Assembly (NCBI GenBank): GCA_050743205.1
Contig: JBOGEA010000001.1
Location: 1-55,860 of the forward strand
Reading direction: 5' to 3'
DNA: 55,860 nt
DNA from: Egibacteraceae bacterium
Lineage (GTDB): Bacteria; Actinomycetota; Nitriliruptoria; Euzebyales; Egibacteraceae
A program made the translations under genes and the position numbers. Positions 14,950 through 26,128 of this stretch are shown here, in pieces (position 1 is the stretch's first letter; the number at the start of each line of letters is the position of its first letter). A model generated the notes under the pieces. That model saw nothing but the letters and a program-made list of their open reading frames with translations. It was not told the origin of the DNA and searched no databases.

Positions 14950-17900
14950 CTAGTCCTCCGGTTGACCCAGGCGATCCAGGATGGCGGTGACGATTGCGGT
15001 ATCGGTGGCGTCGAGCCCTTGGGCCAGCGCTGTACCGCGCTCGCCGCCCAGGATCCGACGGAGGGTGGCGGCGAGCGCAGCCCAGTCGTCGCGGTCAGCG
15101 AGATCGGTGAGGTACGGCTCGAGGCTGGCGGTCGCCTGCTGGTCGCCGCTCGCGGCTGCGACCACCGCGTCAACCAGGGGAGTGAGTTCCTCGGGGCCAC
15201 CGGGTGGGGGCTGTTCGAGTTCGGCGCGGCCGGCCAGCACGTCCAGGGTGCGCGCAACGATCGCGGTGTCGATCGGGTCCAGCCCGTCGAGCAGCTCCTC
15301 TCCGCGCTCGCCGCCCAGGATGCGCCGCAGCCGCCCGACCAGAGCCGCCAGTCGTCGTGCTGCGCTTGTGCCGCCAGCGCACGGTCCAACTCAGCGATGC
15401 GGGCGATGGTCGGGGCCCAGCCGTCGAGGTGTCGTCGGATATCGGCGCCATAGCGTGCGAGGCGCAGGACCTCGGCCATGGCCGCGTCGCCGTCTGCGGC
15501 CCGCCTGGGCAGGCGCTCGACGAGTTGCGCGAGTTGGACCCCCTCGACCTGGCTCACCAAGTCGCACAGCTCAGCGAACGAAGCCGGTAGCGGTGGTGCT
15601 GAGTCGAAGCTGGCGAAGGCGAGGGCGAGCTGGTTGAGCGTCAAGGCCAAGCCTCCCCCGCCGGTCTGATACCTGATGACGGAGGCAGCCAGCCGGTGGG
15701 CCAGCTCGACCGAATCGGCGTCAGCCCGGCGGAGGTAAATTGCCAGGTTCTGGTGGCTGACCGCGATGGACTCAGGGTCTGCGGCGGCGTACGTGTAGCG
15801 CAGCGCGTCCTGCGAGAGTCTGATGGCGGCATCGCGGTGGCCGAGGTTTTCCTCCATGTCAGCCAGGGCGCCGACCACCGCACCGAGAAAGGCGACGTCC
15901 TGTTCCTGCTCGAACACGGCCCGACAGGCCAGCAGTAGCTTTTTGGCGTCGTTGATGCGACCGAGGCGCAGGAGCGGGATATAGTCCCTGAATCGTAGGG
16001 TGGCGAGTTCGAGAGGGGTTGCGCTCCGCTGGCGTGCGGACTCGCTCAGCTCGGCGTTGAGTGCCAGCACCTCGTCCCATCGCTTCAGGTCAGCCGTCGC
16101 ACGATGGCCGGCGACCAAGATGGCTTCGCGCACGTTCCACGGATTGACTGCCTCGTTGACTTCGCGCTGGTTGGGCAGGGTGGCCATGGTTTCCCGCAAC
16201 TTATGGACTGCGGAGAGGACCTCTTGGCTGCGGCCCTGCAGGGCGAGGATCTGCAGCCGCTGCCCCTCGGCCATGAGTTGGGTCCATGGTCCCAACTCGG
16301 CGCGCTGTGTGTAGTCCTTCTTCTGCTCGACCATCGCCAGCGCCTCGTCCAACCGGCCTGTGTCTCGCAGGATGTCGACCAGATTTTCCGCAAGGACGGC
16401 TGCTGTGGCAAAGCGTTCACGTGCCACTGCCTTGGCGAGCAGCTCGCGCAGGCGCCTCTCGGCCTCGGCCGGCTGCACGTACCGCAAGGCCCTAGCGAGC
16501 AGGGTGGCGTGTTCGAGTTCGTCCTCGCTGCCTTTGGTGGCCTCGACGACACGGCGCAGCAGCGGCAGCATGGCGCCGACCGTGCCCGCCGAACTGTCGC
16601 GGTGCAGCACCTTCTCAAGGGCAGAGGCCGCTATGTTCCATACACCGAGGCGCAGCAGGTATGGGATGGCTCTGCGACCGCACAACAGGACCAGCCAGCC
16701 CTGCTCCTGGGTCTCCTCAGCCAGCCCCTGGTGAAATCCGGTCATCCAATAGGTGGCAAGCTCGGTGTCGGCGGCGGCTTGGAAGTCTGGCCCGGCTGAT
16801 GCCCGACCGGCCTCGGCCACGGCGGGATGCAGGTGGTACACCTTGCCCTCGCGATCCTGGTCGTCGGCGGTTTCGGCCGCGACCAACCCTTGGCCGACGA
16901 GTGGGGCTAGGGTGGCGTGCAGGTCGGGCAGGTCGCCGGGCTGTTCCAGCCGTCGCCACAAGTCGCCCCAGTTCGCTTCGACGATCCAGTCGTGCCGGTC
17001 GTTCTCTTCCAGCGCGCACAGGAAGTGGAACAGGACCCTCGCTGGCTCGGGCAGCGCGTCGGCCGCCGCCTGGGCCCACCCCGACAGCACCCGCACGAAG
17101 CCGTCGTCGGTGGCCGCTGACTCGCCGTGGTCGAAGAACGCCCGCAGCGGGGCGCCGCTGGCGAGCCAGGCTTGGTCGGCCTCGTCCAAGCGGGCCGCCA
17201 AGGCGGTGTGGTCGGTGGCTTGGCTGTTGGCCAGCTCGATCAGCTTGGGATGGCCCTGGACCACCCCGAGTGTGCGGGACAGCAGCGCCCGCCCGGCGTC
17301 GCTGTCGAACAGGGCGCGCAGGTTGGGCAGCTCTCGGGCGACCAGCATCGCCTCCTCCAGCGACAGCGCGTGGATCGCCTCAACCCTCACACGCGCATCC
17401 AGCGTTGCGGGGCGCCGCCGCGACGTCAGGACCACGCGAGACAGCCCGTCGTGGCCGATCAGCGCGCCAACGACCAGCTCCCAGCGCGGGTCGCGCCAGT
17501 CGCCCTGCTCGGTCAGCAGCGATTCCAGGTTGTCGAGGACGATCAGGACCCGGTTGGTCTCCAGCAGTTGGGTCAGGCGGGGCAGGAATGCTTGCAGCGC
17601 GGCGATGTCGTCCACCGCCTGCACCATTGCCAGGCCGGGGAGCTGGCGCTCCAGGTCCAGTGCCAGGTTGGTCAGTGCGGCGGTGATGTCGTGGCCCTCG
17701 TCGGGCGCCTTGTGCCACACCAGGTGGGTGAAGGTCTGCTCGTGGCCGTAGGCCAGCTCCAACGCGCAGGCCGTCTTGCCCGCCCCGGCCATGCCATGAA
17801 ACAGCACCGCGCTGTGCTCGTTGTCCGGAGCCAGCGCGGCGGTGGCACGGGCCATGGGGCCGACCCGGCCGACGAACCGGACTGGCTGGGGCGGGAAGTC

Positions 17901-19085
17901 CGCCAGCTTGACGTCGGCGGCGTCGAACACCAGCGGTCCCCCGGCCGGCGGCAGCAGCCGCAGCTCGCTGGCGAGCGCGCCGAACAGGGCAGGGGTGGCC
18001 ACCGACAACGGGGACGCCGACGACGCCCCGGAACACAGCCGGGGCAGGGCCGTTCGCAGCGCGCGGGGCAACGGCTGGCCCTTGCCGAGCATCAACTCGT
18101 AGACCTGGGCGCCGAGCCCGATCGCGAACTCGTCGTCTACCGGGTAGCGCATCGCCAGCACGGCGCAGCCCAAGCGGTCGACGAGCGCGGCGGCCAGCGC
18201 GGGCAGCGGCTCCCCCTCGACGGGCGCCGTGTCGTCGCTGCGCACAGGGATGCCGAGCAGGCGCAGATGCTCGGCGGCGGTGGCGGCCGCGGACTCGCAC
18301 GCTGACAGCGTGACCAGCTTGATCTGGCGTCGGGCAGGGTCGAGCAGCTCGACCAGTTCAGTGCTGGAGATCAGGTCGCGACTGCCGTCGGCGGTCTCCA
18401 GCAGCAGCCCGGCGGGCAGCCCGTGGCCGGAGATGTGGACGATGTCCCAGCCCTCGTCCTCCAGCAGCACGTCGTCGAGGCGTTCCCTGGTCACGCCGTA
18501 CTGCAGGACCCGCAGCTCGATCGCTTTGTGGTTGACCTGGGCGATACGGTCCACCAGGCGGGCCAGCTCGTAGCGCTCACGGCGCAGGCTCAGCGCGGCG
18601 GTGTCCACGGGCAGGCTGAACACGGCGAGCATCCGCAGCCGCCCGCCGACCGGCCGCTTCGCCCCGCCGACGGTCCCGCCCATGCCTTGGATGACGAGGC
18701 TGACCTGCCGCAGCGCCAGCGGCCGGCCCTCGACCCAGGCAAGCTCCAACGGCCGGTAGCCCAGCACCGCCGCCTCGGCGGGCAGGCGCACGCGCACCGT
18801 GACCGGCGCTCGCGCCACGATCGCTGGGCCGACCGCGCCGAGCACCTGCTCGCCGATCCAGCGGCCGAGCCATGCCAGGATCTCGGTCTCGCTGTCCCGG
18901 CGGCGGTCCGGCGCGGCGTTCCAGCGCAGGTAGCGGTACAGATCAGCGAACGCCTCATACTCGGCGGCGCTGGTGTCGAGGTGGACGGTATGGTCGGCGA
19001 CGAACGCGCCGCCGGGCTCGGTCAGCCGCCACCGCCACCGCGCCGGCCCCTCGTAGTCACAGACATCGAGATCCACCAGCTCCAC
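14950..19085 (-). CDS. CHAT protease - NB-ARC/STAND P-loop NTPase - TPR protein, copy A (about 1378 aa; one apparent -1 frameshift near 15345-15350)
   Basis: CHAT dyad motifs HISGHG (His about 18437) and LSACES (Cys about 18302). Walker A is GMAGAGKT (17772-17795), Walker B is LIVLDNLE, and a long TPR-like region follows. The GTG start was set by homology with copy B. The C-terminal tail continues in the frame of ORF 14950-15240. Confidence 0.85.
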
Positions 19086-19169
19086 AACCGCCCCCTGCCC
19101 ATCGCCGCCAGCCCCACCCACCGTACTCGAACGATCCACAGATCCACCATGCAGAGGGCGTAGGCTGCG

Positions 19170-19568
19170 TTGGCTGCGATGGGAGGTGACAGGGTGGCGG
19201 CACGCGTGAGGTGGGAGGTCGTCGGAGGGAAAGCGCGCTACAACGGTCGGTGGCTGTCGGAGTGGGTGCCCGACGCGGTCGAGCGGATCGTGGAGGGGTT
19301 CGCGCCGGTCAGGATCGTCCTGTTCGGCTCTGTGGCTCGGGGTGACGACAACGCCGACAGCGACATCGATCTGCTTGTCGTGCTCTCGGAAATCAGGGGC
19401 CGACGCCACGACGCTGCCGTGGACATTCTTCGTGCCCTGCGTGATCTGCCGGCTCCCGTGGACGTCATGGTCACTGACGTGCGGCACCTCGCGGAGGCGG
19501 CGGAGCTGCCTGGCGTGCTTCGGGTGGCGTTGCGGGAGGGCAAGGTGGTCCATGAGCAGGCCGCCTGA
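19170..19568 (+). CDS. Nucleotidyltransferase-domain protein (MNT-type antitoxin)
   Basis: VRIVLFGSVARGDDNADSDIDLLVV is the GS...DxD polymerase-beta-type motif. A shorter GTG start at 19266 is possible. Confidence 0.8.
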   Translation: MAAMGGDRVAARVRWEVVGGKARYNGRWLSEWVPDAVERIVEGFAPVRIVLFGSVARGDDNADSDIDLLVVLSEIRGRRHDAAVDILRALRDLPAPVDVMVTDVRHLAEAAELPGVLRVALREGKVVHEQAA

Positions 19569-20067
19569 GACGCTCGCCGAGCGTGTCGAGCGATGGCTGC
19601 GGCTCGCCCGTGAGGATCTGCTTCTGGCCGAGCACGCGCTCGCGGACCCCGACGTCGTTCGCCGAGGTGCGTGCGTATGGGCACAGCAGGCGGCGGAGAA
19701 GGCATTAAAAGCGCTCATCGTGTCAGAAAACACTGATCCGCCCAAAATTCATAATCTGATGCACCTCGAACGGTTGGTCCCGGCGGCTGTCAGCGAGGGA
19801 TTGGCACCGCTCGATCTCGAGGGGCTCACTCGCTGGGCGATCGAAGGCCGGTATCCGGACGATTTCGAGGAAGCCACGACCACCGATGCCGAGACGGCCG
19901 TGGCCACAGCCGCCGCCGTCCTCCTTCTCGCCGAGACGGCCCTCGACCGGGCGCCTTTGGGAGATCGAGCCCAAGAGCCTCAAGTCGATCCCGAACTCGC
20001 GCTTGCGGAACAACAGCCGGACGAGCCTGACCTCGCCCCGACCGACGAGCATGGAGAGCACCGCTGA
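19552..20067 (+). CDS. HEPN-domain protein (partner of MNT)
   Basis: WLRLAREDLLLAEHAL...AQQAAEKALKALIV...KIHNLMHLERL. The ATG at 19552 lies 15 nt before the MNT stop. Confidence 0.75.
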   Translation: MSRPPETLAERVERWLRLAREDLLLAEHALADPDVVRRGACVWAQQAAEKALKALIVSENTDPPKIHNLMHLERLVPAAVSEGLAPLDLEGLTRWAIEGRYPDDFEEATTTDAETAVATAAAVLLLAETALDRAPLGDRAQEPQVDPELALAEQQPDEPDLAPTDEHGEHR

Positions 20068-23000
20068 TTAGTCGAGATCGCGGGACGCCGACGCCGCCTT
20101 TGCGCGTGCGCGCAGGCCAAGCAGCCCGGCGATCATGATCACCGGCAGCGGGTAGACCAGATCGGTGACGATGTCCAGCTCCTCGGCGACCTGTTGACCC
20201 TGGACCTCGCCGAGATCTCCGCACGGTGGGATGACGACCCACCAGCGGTAAACCACCCATGCTGCGGCGCGCGGGTGAAGGTCCGCCCGCGTTCTTCGGA
20301 CAGGATCCGGCGGAGGGTGGCGGCGAGCGGCGGCCCAGTCTTCTTGGGCGGCGAGGTCGGCGAGGACGACCGGCTGTGGATCGGCGGCGGCATGCTGGTC
20401 GCCGCGTGCGGCTGCGACCACCGCGTCGACCGGGGGCGTGAACTCTTCGGGCACGCCCGATGGGAGCTGTTCGAGTTCGGCGCGGCCGGCCAGCACGTCC
20501 AGGGTGCGCTGCACGACCGCGGTGTCGATTGGGTCCAGCCCCTCGAGGAGGTCCTGCCCCGCGAGGATGTCCTGGCCGCGCTCGCTGCTCAGGATGCGCC
20601 GCAGCCGCTCGACCAGGACCGCACAGTCGTCGTGCTGCGCTGCTGCGCCCTTGTGCGGATGTCGTCAGTGGCGTTGGCGTGCGAGGCGTAGCACTTCGGC
20701 GAGCGCCGCGTCGCCGTCGGGGGCCCGCCTGGGCAGGCGCTCGAAGAGCTGGGCGAGCTGCACGCCCTCCACCCGACCCACGAGGCCACACAGCACGGCG
20801 AACGAGGCCGGGAGCGGAGGGGTTGTAATGAAGCTGGCTAGGTCGCGGGCGAGCCGGTCGAGCGTCAAGGCCAAGAGCCCCGCGCCGGTCTGATATTGGA
20901 TGATGGCAGAGGCCAGCCGGTGGGCCAGCGCGACCGCCGGATCGGCGTCAGCCCCGCGCAGATAGCTTGCCAGGTTCTGGTGGATGCCCGCAATGGGCTC
21001 AGGGTCTGTGGCGGCGTACGCGTAGCGCAGCGCGTCCTGCTGAAGTCTGACGGCGGCATCGCGGTGGCCGAGTCTGTCCTCAACGTCGGCCAGGGCGCCG
21101 ACCACCTGGCCGTGCGAGCCGATGGCCTTCTCCTGCTCGAACACGGCTCGGCAATCCAGCAGCAGCTTTTTAGCGTCGTTGATGCGACCAAGGCGCAGCA
21201 GCGGACCATAGTCATTGAACTCTATGTCGGCGAGTTCGAGGGGGGGTGCGCTGCGCCGGCGTGTGGACTTGATCAGCGCGGCGTTGAGGGCCAGCGCCTC
21301 TTCCCATCGTTCCTGGCCGGCAGCTGCAGAGCGGCCGACGCTCAGGATGGCCTCACGTACGTTCCACGGATTGACTGGATCGTTCGCTTCGCGCTGCTGG
21401 GGCAGAGCAGCCATGGTTTCCCAGAGTTTCTGGACTGAGGAGAGGACCTCTTCGCTGCGACCCTGCCGGACTAAGATCTGTAGCTGCCGGGCCTCGTCAG
21501 CTAGCTGGGTCCACGGTCCCAAGCCGGCGCGCCGGGTGTAGCCGCTCTTCTGCTCGACCATCGCCAGCGCCTCGTCCAACCGGCCTGTGTCTCGCAGCAG
21601 GTTGATCAGATTCCCCGCAAGGATCGTTGCTGTGGCAAAACGGTCGCGTGCGACTGCCTCGGCGAGCAGTTCACGGAGGCGCGTCTCGGCCTCGGCCGGC
21701 TGCACGAGCGACAGCGCTCGGGCAAGCAAGGCGGCGTAGTCGAGTTCGTCCTCGGTGCCTGTGGTGGCTTCGACGACGCGGCGCAGGAGCGGCAGCACGG
21801 CGGCGACCGTGCCCGGCGAATGGTCGCGATTCAGCACGGTCTCGAGCACCCAGGCCGCAGTGTCCCATTCGCCCAGGCGGAGCAGGTAGGAGGCGACGCT
21901 GCGGCCGGACTGCCGCACCATCCAGCCCTGCGCATGCGTCTCCTTGGCCAGCCTCTGACCGAAACCAGACTTCCAAAAGGCGGCCAGCCTGGTGTCGACT
22001 GCGGCCTGGAAGTCCGGGTCGGCTGCGGCCTGCCCGGCCTCGGCCACACCCGGATGCAGGTGGTAGATGTCTTGTCGGCGGTCCTGGTCGTCGCCGGGCT
22101 CGACCACGACCAGCCCCTGACCGACCAGCGAGACGAGGGTGGCCTGCAAGTCGGGCGGGTCACCGGGCCGTTCCAGCCGCTCCCACAGGTCGGCCCAGTT
22201 CGCCTCAACGATCCAGCCGCGCCGGTCGTGCTCCTCCAGGGCGCACAGGAAGTGGAACAGGATCCGCGCTGGCTCGGGCAGCGCGCCGGTCGCCGCGCGG
22301 GTCCACCCCGACAGCACCCGCACGAAGTCGTCGTCGGTAGCCGCCGATTCGCCGTGGTCGAAGAACGTCTGCAGCCGGGTGCTGCCAGCGAGCCAGGCCT
22401 GGTCGGCTTCGTCCAAGCGGGCCGCCAGGGCGGTGTGGTCGGTGGCTTGGCCGTCGGCCAGCTCGATGAGCTTGGGATGACCCTGGACCACCGCGAGCGT
22501 GCGGGACAGCAGCGCCCTCCCGGTGTCGCTGTCGAACAGGGCGCGCAGGTTGGGCAGCTCGCGGGCGACCAGCATCGCCTCCTCCAGCGACAGCGCATGG
22601 ATCGCCTCGACCCGCGCTCGGGGATCCAGCATTGCGGGCCGCCGCCGCGACGTCAGGACCACCCGAGACAGCCGTCGTGGCTGACCAGCGCGTTGACGAC
22701 CAGCTCCCAGCGTGGGTCGCGCCAGTCGCCCTGCTCGGTCAGCAGCGACTCCAGGTTGTCCAACACGATCAGGACCCGGTTGGTCTCCAGCAGCTGGGTC
22801 AGCCTGGGCAGGAACGCTTGCAGCGCGGCGATGTCGTCCACCGCCTGCACCATTGCCAGGCCGGGGAGCTGGCGCTCCAGGTCCAGTGCCAGGTTGGTCA
22901 GGGCGGCGGTGATGTCGTGGCCCTCGTCGGGCGCCTTGTGCCACACCAGGTGGGTGAAGGTCTGCTCGTGGCCGTAGGCCAGCTCCAACGCGCAGGCCGT

Positions 23001-24312
23001 CTTGCCCGCCCCGGCCATGGCCATGGAACAGCACCGCGCTGTGCTCGTTGTCCGGGGCGAGTGCGGCGGTGGCCCGGGCCATCGGGCCGACCCGGCCCAC
23101 GAACCGGACCGGCTGGGGCGGGAAGTCCGCCAGCTTGACGTTGGCGACGTCGAACACCAGCGGCCCCCCGGCCGGCGGCAGCAGCCGCAGCTGGTCGGCC
23201 AACGGGCCGAACAGGGCCGGGGTGGCCACCGACAGCGGCGACGTCGACGACGCTCCGGTGCACAGCCGGGGCAGTGCCGTTCGCAGCGCGCGGGGCAAGG
23301 GGTGGCCCTTGCCGAGCATCAGCTCGTAGACCTGGGCGCCGAGGGTGATCGCGAACTCATCGTCGACCGGGTAGCGCATCGCCAGCACGGCGCAGCCCAA
23401 CCGGTCGACGAGCGCAGCGGCCAGCGCGGGCAGCGGCTCCCCTCGACGGGGCGCCGTGTCGTCGCTGCGCACAGGGATGCCGAGCAGGCGCAGATGCTCG
23501 GCGGCGGTGGCAGCCGCAGACTCGCACGCTGACAGCGTGACCAGCTTGATCTGGGCTCGGGCAGGGTCGAGCAGGTCGACCAGCTCAGTGCTGGAGATCA
23601 GGTCGCGGCTGCCGTCAGCGGTCTCCAGCAGCAGCCCGGCGGGCAGCCCGTGGCCGGAGATGTGCACGACGTCCCAGCCGTCGTCCTCCAACAGCACGTC
23701 GTCGAGCCGTTCCCTGGTCACGCCGTACTGCAGGACCCGCAGCTCGATCGTTTTGTGGTTGACCTGAGCGATACGGTCCACCAGGCGGGCCAGCTCGTAG
23801 CGCTCACGGCGCAGGCTCAGCGCGGCGGCGTCCACGGGCAGGCTGAACACGGCCAGCATCCGCAGCCGCTCGCCGACCGGCCGCTTCCCGCCACCCCCAG
23901 CGCCGCCCGCACCTTGGATGACGAGGCTGACCTGCTGCAAGGCCAGCGGCCGGCCGTCCACCCAGGCAAGCTCCAGCGGCCGGCAGCCGAGCGCCGCGGC
24001 CTCGGCGGGCAGGCGCACCCGCACCGTGACCGGCGCTCGCGCCACGATCGCCGGGCCGACCTTGCTGAGCACCTCCTCGCCGATCCAGCGGCCGAGCCAC
24101 GCCAGGATCTCGGTCTCGCTGTCCCGCCGGCGGTCCGGCGCGGCATTCCAGCGCAGATAGCGGTACAGATCAGCGAACGCCTCATACTCGGCGGTGCGCT
24201 CGTCGAGGCAGACGGTGTGGTCGGCGACGAACGCGCCGCCGGGCTCGGTCAGCCGCCACCGCCACCGCGTCTGGCCCGTGTAGTCAAGGACGTCGAGGTC
24301 CACCAGCTCCAC
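20068..24312 (-). pseudogene. CHAT - NB-ARC - TPR paralogue, copy B (decaying: +1/-1 indel pair, in-frame stop, degraded tail)
   Basis: It aligns with copy A from 50 nt upstream of the GTG (24312). There is an extra base near 23020 and a missing base near 22672. The P-loop region is readable only in ORF 22653-23024. A TGA occurs at 20665-20667, and homology continues to about 20270. Confidence 0.8.
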
Positions 24313-24378
24313 AACCGCCCCTGCCCGTCGCAGCCAGTGTCACCCACCGTACTGCCTTGGTTTGGCAGGGGAGGGGGC

Positions 24379-24933
24379 TCAGGCGAGCAGGGTGGAGATC
24401 GGCAGAGCGAAGCCGGGCAGCAGTGGGGAGGTCAACGTTTCGCCCTCGCCCACGATGATGGGCTCGGGGTAGCGCCAGCCGGTGAGGCGATGGACGAGCA
24501 CGGCGCGCCGCTTGAGGTCGGTGAACCAGTACTCGGGCACGCCGAAGGCCGCGTAGGCGTCGCGCTTCGGGCCGAGGTCGAACCATCGGTTCGACGGCGA
24601 CGACACCTCGATGACGAGGTCCGGCGGCTCATGCACCTTCTTGCCCTCGAACCACTCGAGATGCTCGGCGAGGACCAACAGCAGGTCGGGCTGGTAGACC
24701 CGCTGCTCGGAGGTGACGACGTCGACCGGCCCGACGAGCACCTCGCCGCCGTGCTCATCAGTCCAGGCCCTTAGTGGGTAGTGGAATTGCCCAATCGCGC
24801 GCTGGTGCCCCACTGCTGGCGAGGGGCTCACGACGAGCACCCCGTCGTGCAGCTCACGGCGGTCGAGTTCGGGAAACTGCTCGTCCAAGTCGCGCCAGGT
24901 GAGGTCCCTCGTCTTGACATCGACCGTCCCCAT
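24379..24933 (-). CDS. Uma2-family (DUF820) endonuclease
   Basis: ELHDGVLVVSPSP..H, YQPDLLLV, PDLVIEVSSPSN, KRDAYAAFGVPEYWF form the PD-(D/E)xK pattern typical of Uma2. Confidence 0.8.
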   Translation of the reverse strand: MGTVDVKTRDLTWRDLDEQFPELDRRELHDGVLVVSPSPAVGHQRAIGQFHYPLRAWTDEHGGEVLVGPVDVVTSEQRVYQPDLLLVLAEHLEWFEGKKVHEPPDLVIEVSSPSNRWFDLGPKRDAYAAFGVPEYWFTDLKRRAVLVHRLTGWRYPEPIIVGEGETLTSPLLPGFALPISTLLA

Positions 24934-25039
24934 AGGGTGCCACCTCCATCAGCCATCGCGGGACTTTACAAGGCCAGCCTACGCCGATGCCAGCTGGAGC
25001 GGCGCAGGCGTCGGCGGTGGTGGGGGCGCTGCTATCGCG

Positions 25040-25192
25040 GTGGCCGCCGACGACACGACCGCGTCGGGCTTTCCCGCGCGCCCTGTGTACGGGCCCGCGG
25101 ATGGCGCAAAGCTGGGGGAGTTGCCGTTCACGCGGGGGATTCACCCGACGATGTAGAGGGGGCGGCTGTGGACGATGCGCCAGTACGCGGGG
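25040..25192 (+). pseudogene. Diverged duplicate of the acyl-CoA mutase 5' end with an in-frame TAG (25154-25156)
   Basis: [50 protein letters not shown] compares with the intact N-terminus at 26730. Confidence 0.75.
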
Positions 25193-25417
25193 ACGGGTCG
25201 GGCACTCGTCGCGCGGGGGGTCAGCATCTGGCACAGCTCGCGTTCAACGGGAGTGGTGAGGCCGGCGGGGGTCCTCAGCGGGAGCACGAGGCCACCATGT
25301 GTCTTGGCCAGGTGTGGCGCGGGGCGAGCGCACAAGCCGCGCTCGGTGCCGGCGGTCAGCAGCCGTTCCAGGGTGCCAGGTGGCGCTGCTGTCCTCAGCC
25401 CGGCTCCCGTAGCTGCC

Positions 25418-25858
25418 TCAGAGCAGCCCGGGCAGTATCCGGATCCGGCGAACAGCCGCCTTTAGCTGAATCTTGTGGAACAGCGCACGCTCGTCCTCGA
25501 CAGCGTGCCGCCATCCGTCGTGAGCCTCGACAAGCCCCTCGACCACAAGGAATTCGATCACATCTTCGACACATGGCCGGTAGCGACGCCCGCCCACCGG
25601 AAGATGGAATCGGTGCAGCTGCCTGCGGAATCCGGCTCTGTCACAGAGTTGGTCAAGCGCTGCGCAGACCCCATGCACCTGGACATGCGCGGCGGGATAG
25701 GATCCACGCGGCTCGCGAACGTACTCGTACCGAAAAATCGGCGACTGTAGGCTCTCGTCCACGGACAATGAGCATGCCGACTGGAGAACGGTCAGGTACT
25801 CCCGCTCCGGAAGGACGTAGGCGACAAGCAGCCAGGCGCGTGGAAGAGCCTGTGACAC
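25418..25858 (-). CDS. Hypothetical protein (146 aa) in the insert between the Uma2/mutase repeats
   Basis: GTG-start ORF with lower G+C. It contains PIFRYEYVREPRGSYPAAHVQVHG...HLPVGGRRYRPCVEDVIEFLVVEGL. No family was recognised. Confidence 0.45.
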   Translation of the reverse strand: MSQALPRAWLLVAYVLPEREYLTVLQSACSLSVDESLQSPIFRYEYVREPRGSYPAAHVQVHGVCAALDQLCDRAGFRRQLHRFHLPVGGRRYRPCVEDVIEFLVVEGLVEAHDGWRHAVEDERALFHKIQLKAAVRRIRILPGLL

Positions 25859-26128
25859 GGTAAGGGCCTGGGCACAAATAACTTGACGCTTTCATCCGGA
25901 TTTGACCTGGTCAGCGAGTCACGCGACCGTAACTTCCGCCACGTTATTCATGCCCAGGTCCTAAGTGGCACAGGCCACGGCGTAATGCTCGACCTCGTCA
26001 CACCCCGGCCGACCCGGACCAACCCGCTGTGTGGATCAAGGACTACGCCGAGGCGGACGCCGTTGGTCACAGTGCGGTTCAGTAGCGCTGTGATACGACC
26101 AGCGAACTGGCGGGCCTGGTCTTGTAAG

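Noticed and set aside
19086-19745. N-terminal 220-codon extension of the 1603-aa ORF (14934-19745)
   Set aside because: Paralogue B starts at the homologous GTG and A/B nucleotide homology ends about 50 nt upstream of it. The extension overlaps the well-supported MNT and HEPN genes on the other strand and has junk composition.
24781-25863. 360-aa plus-strand ORF spanning the Uma2 5' end, the mutase stub and the insert
   Set aside because: It runs antisense to the Uma2 gene and to the 146-aa ORF. It has Arg/Ala/Gly-rich junk composition and crosses obvious recombination junctions.
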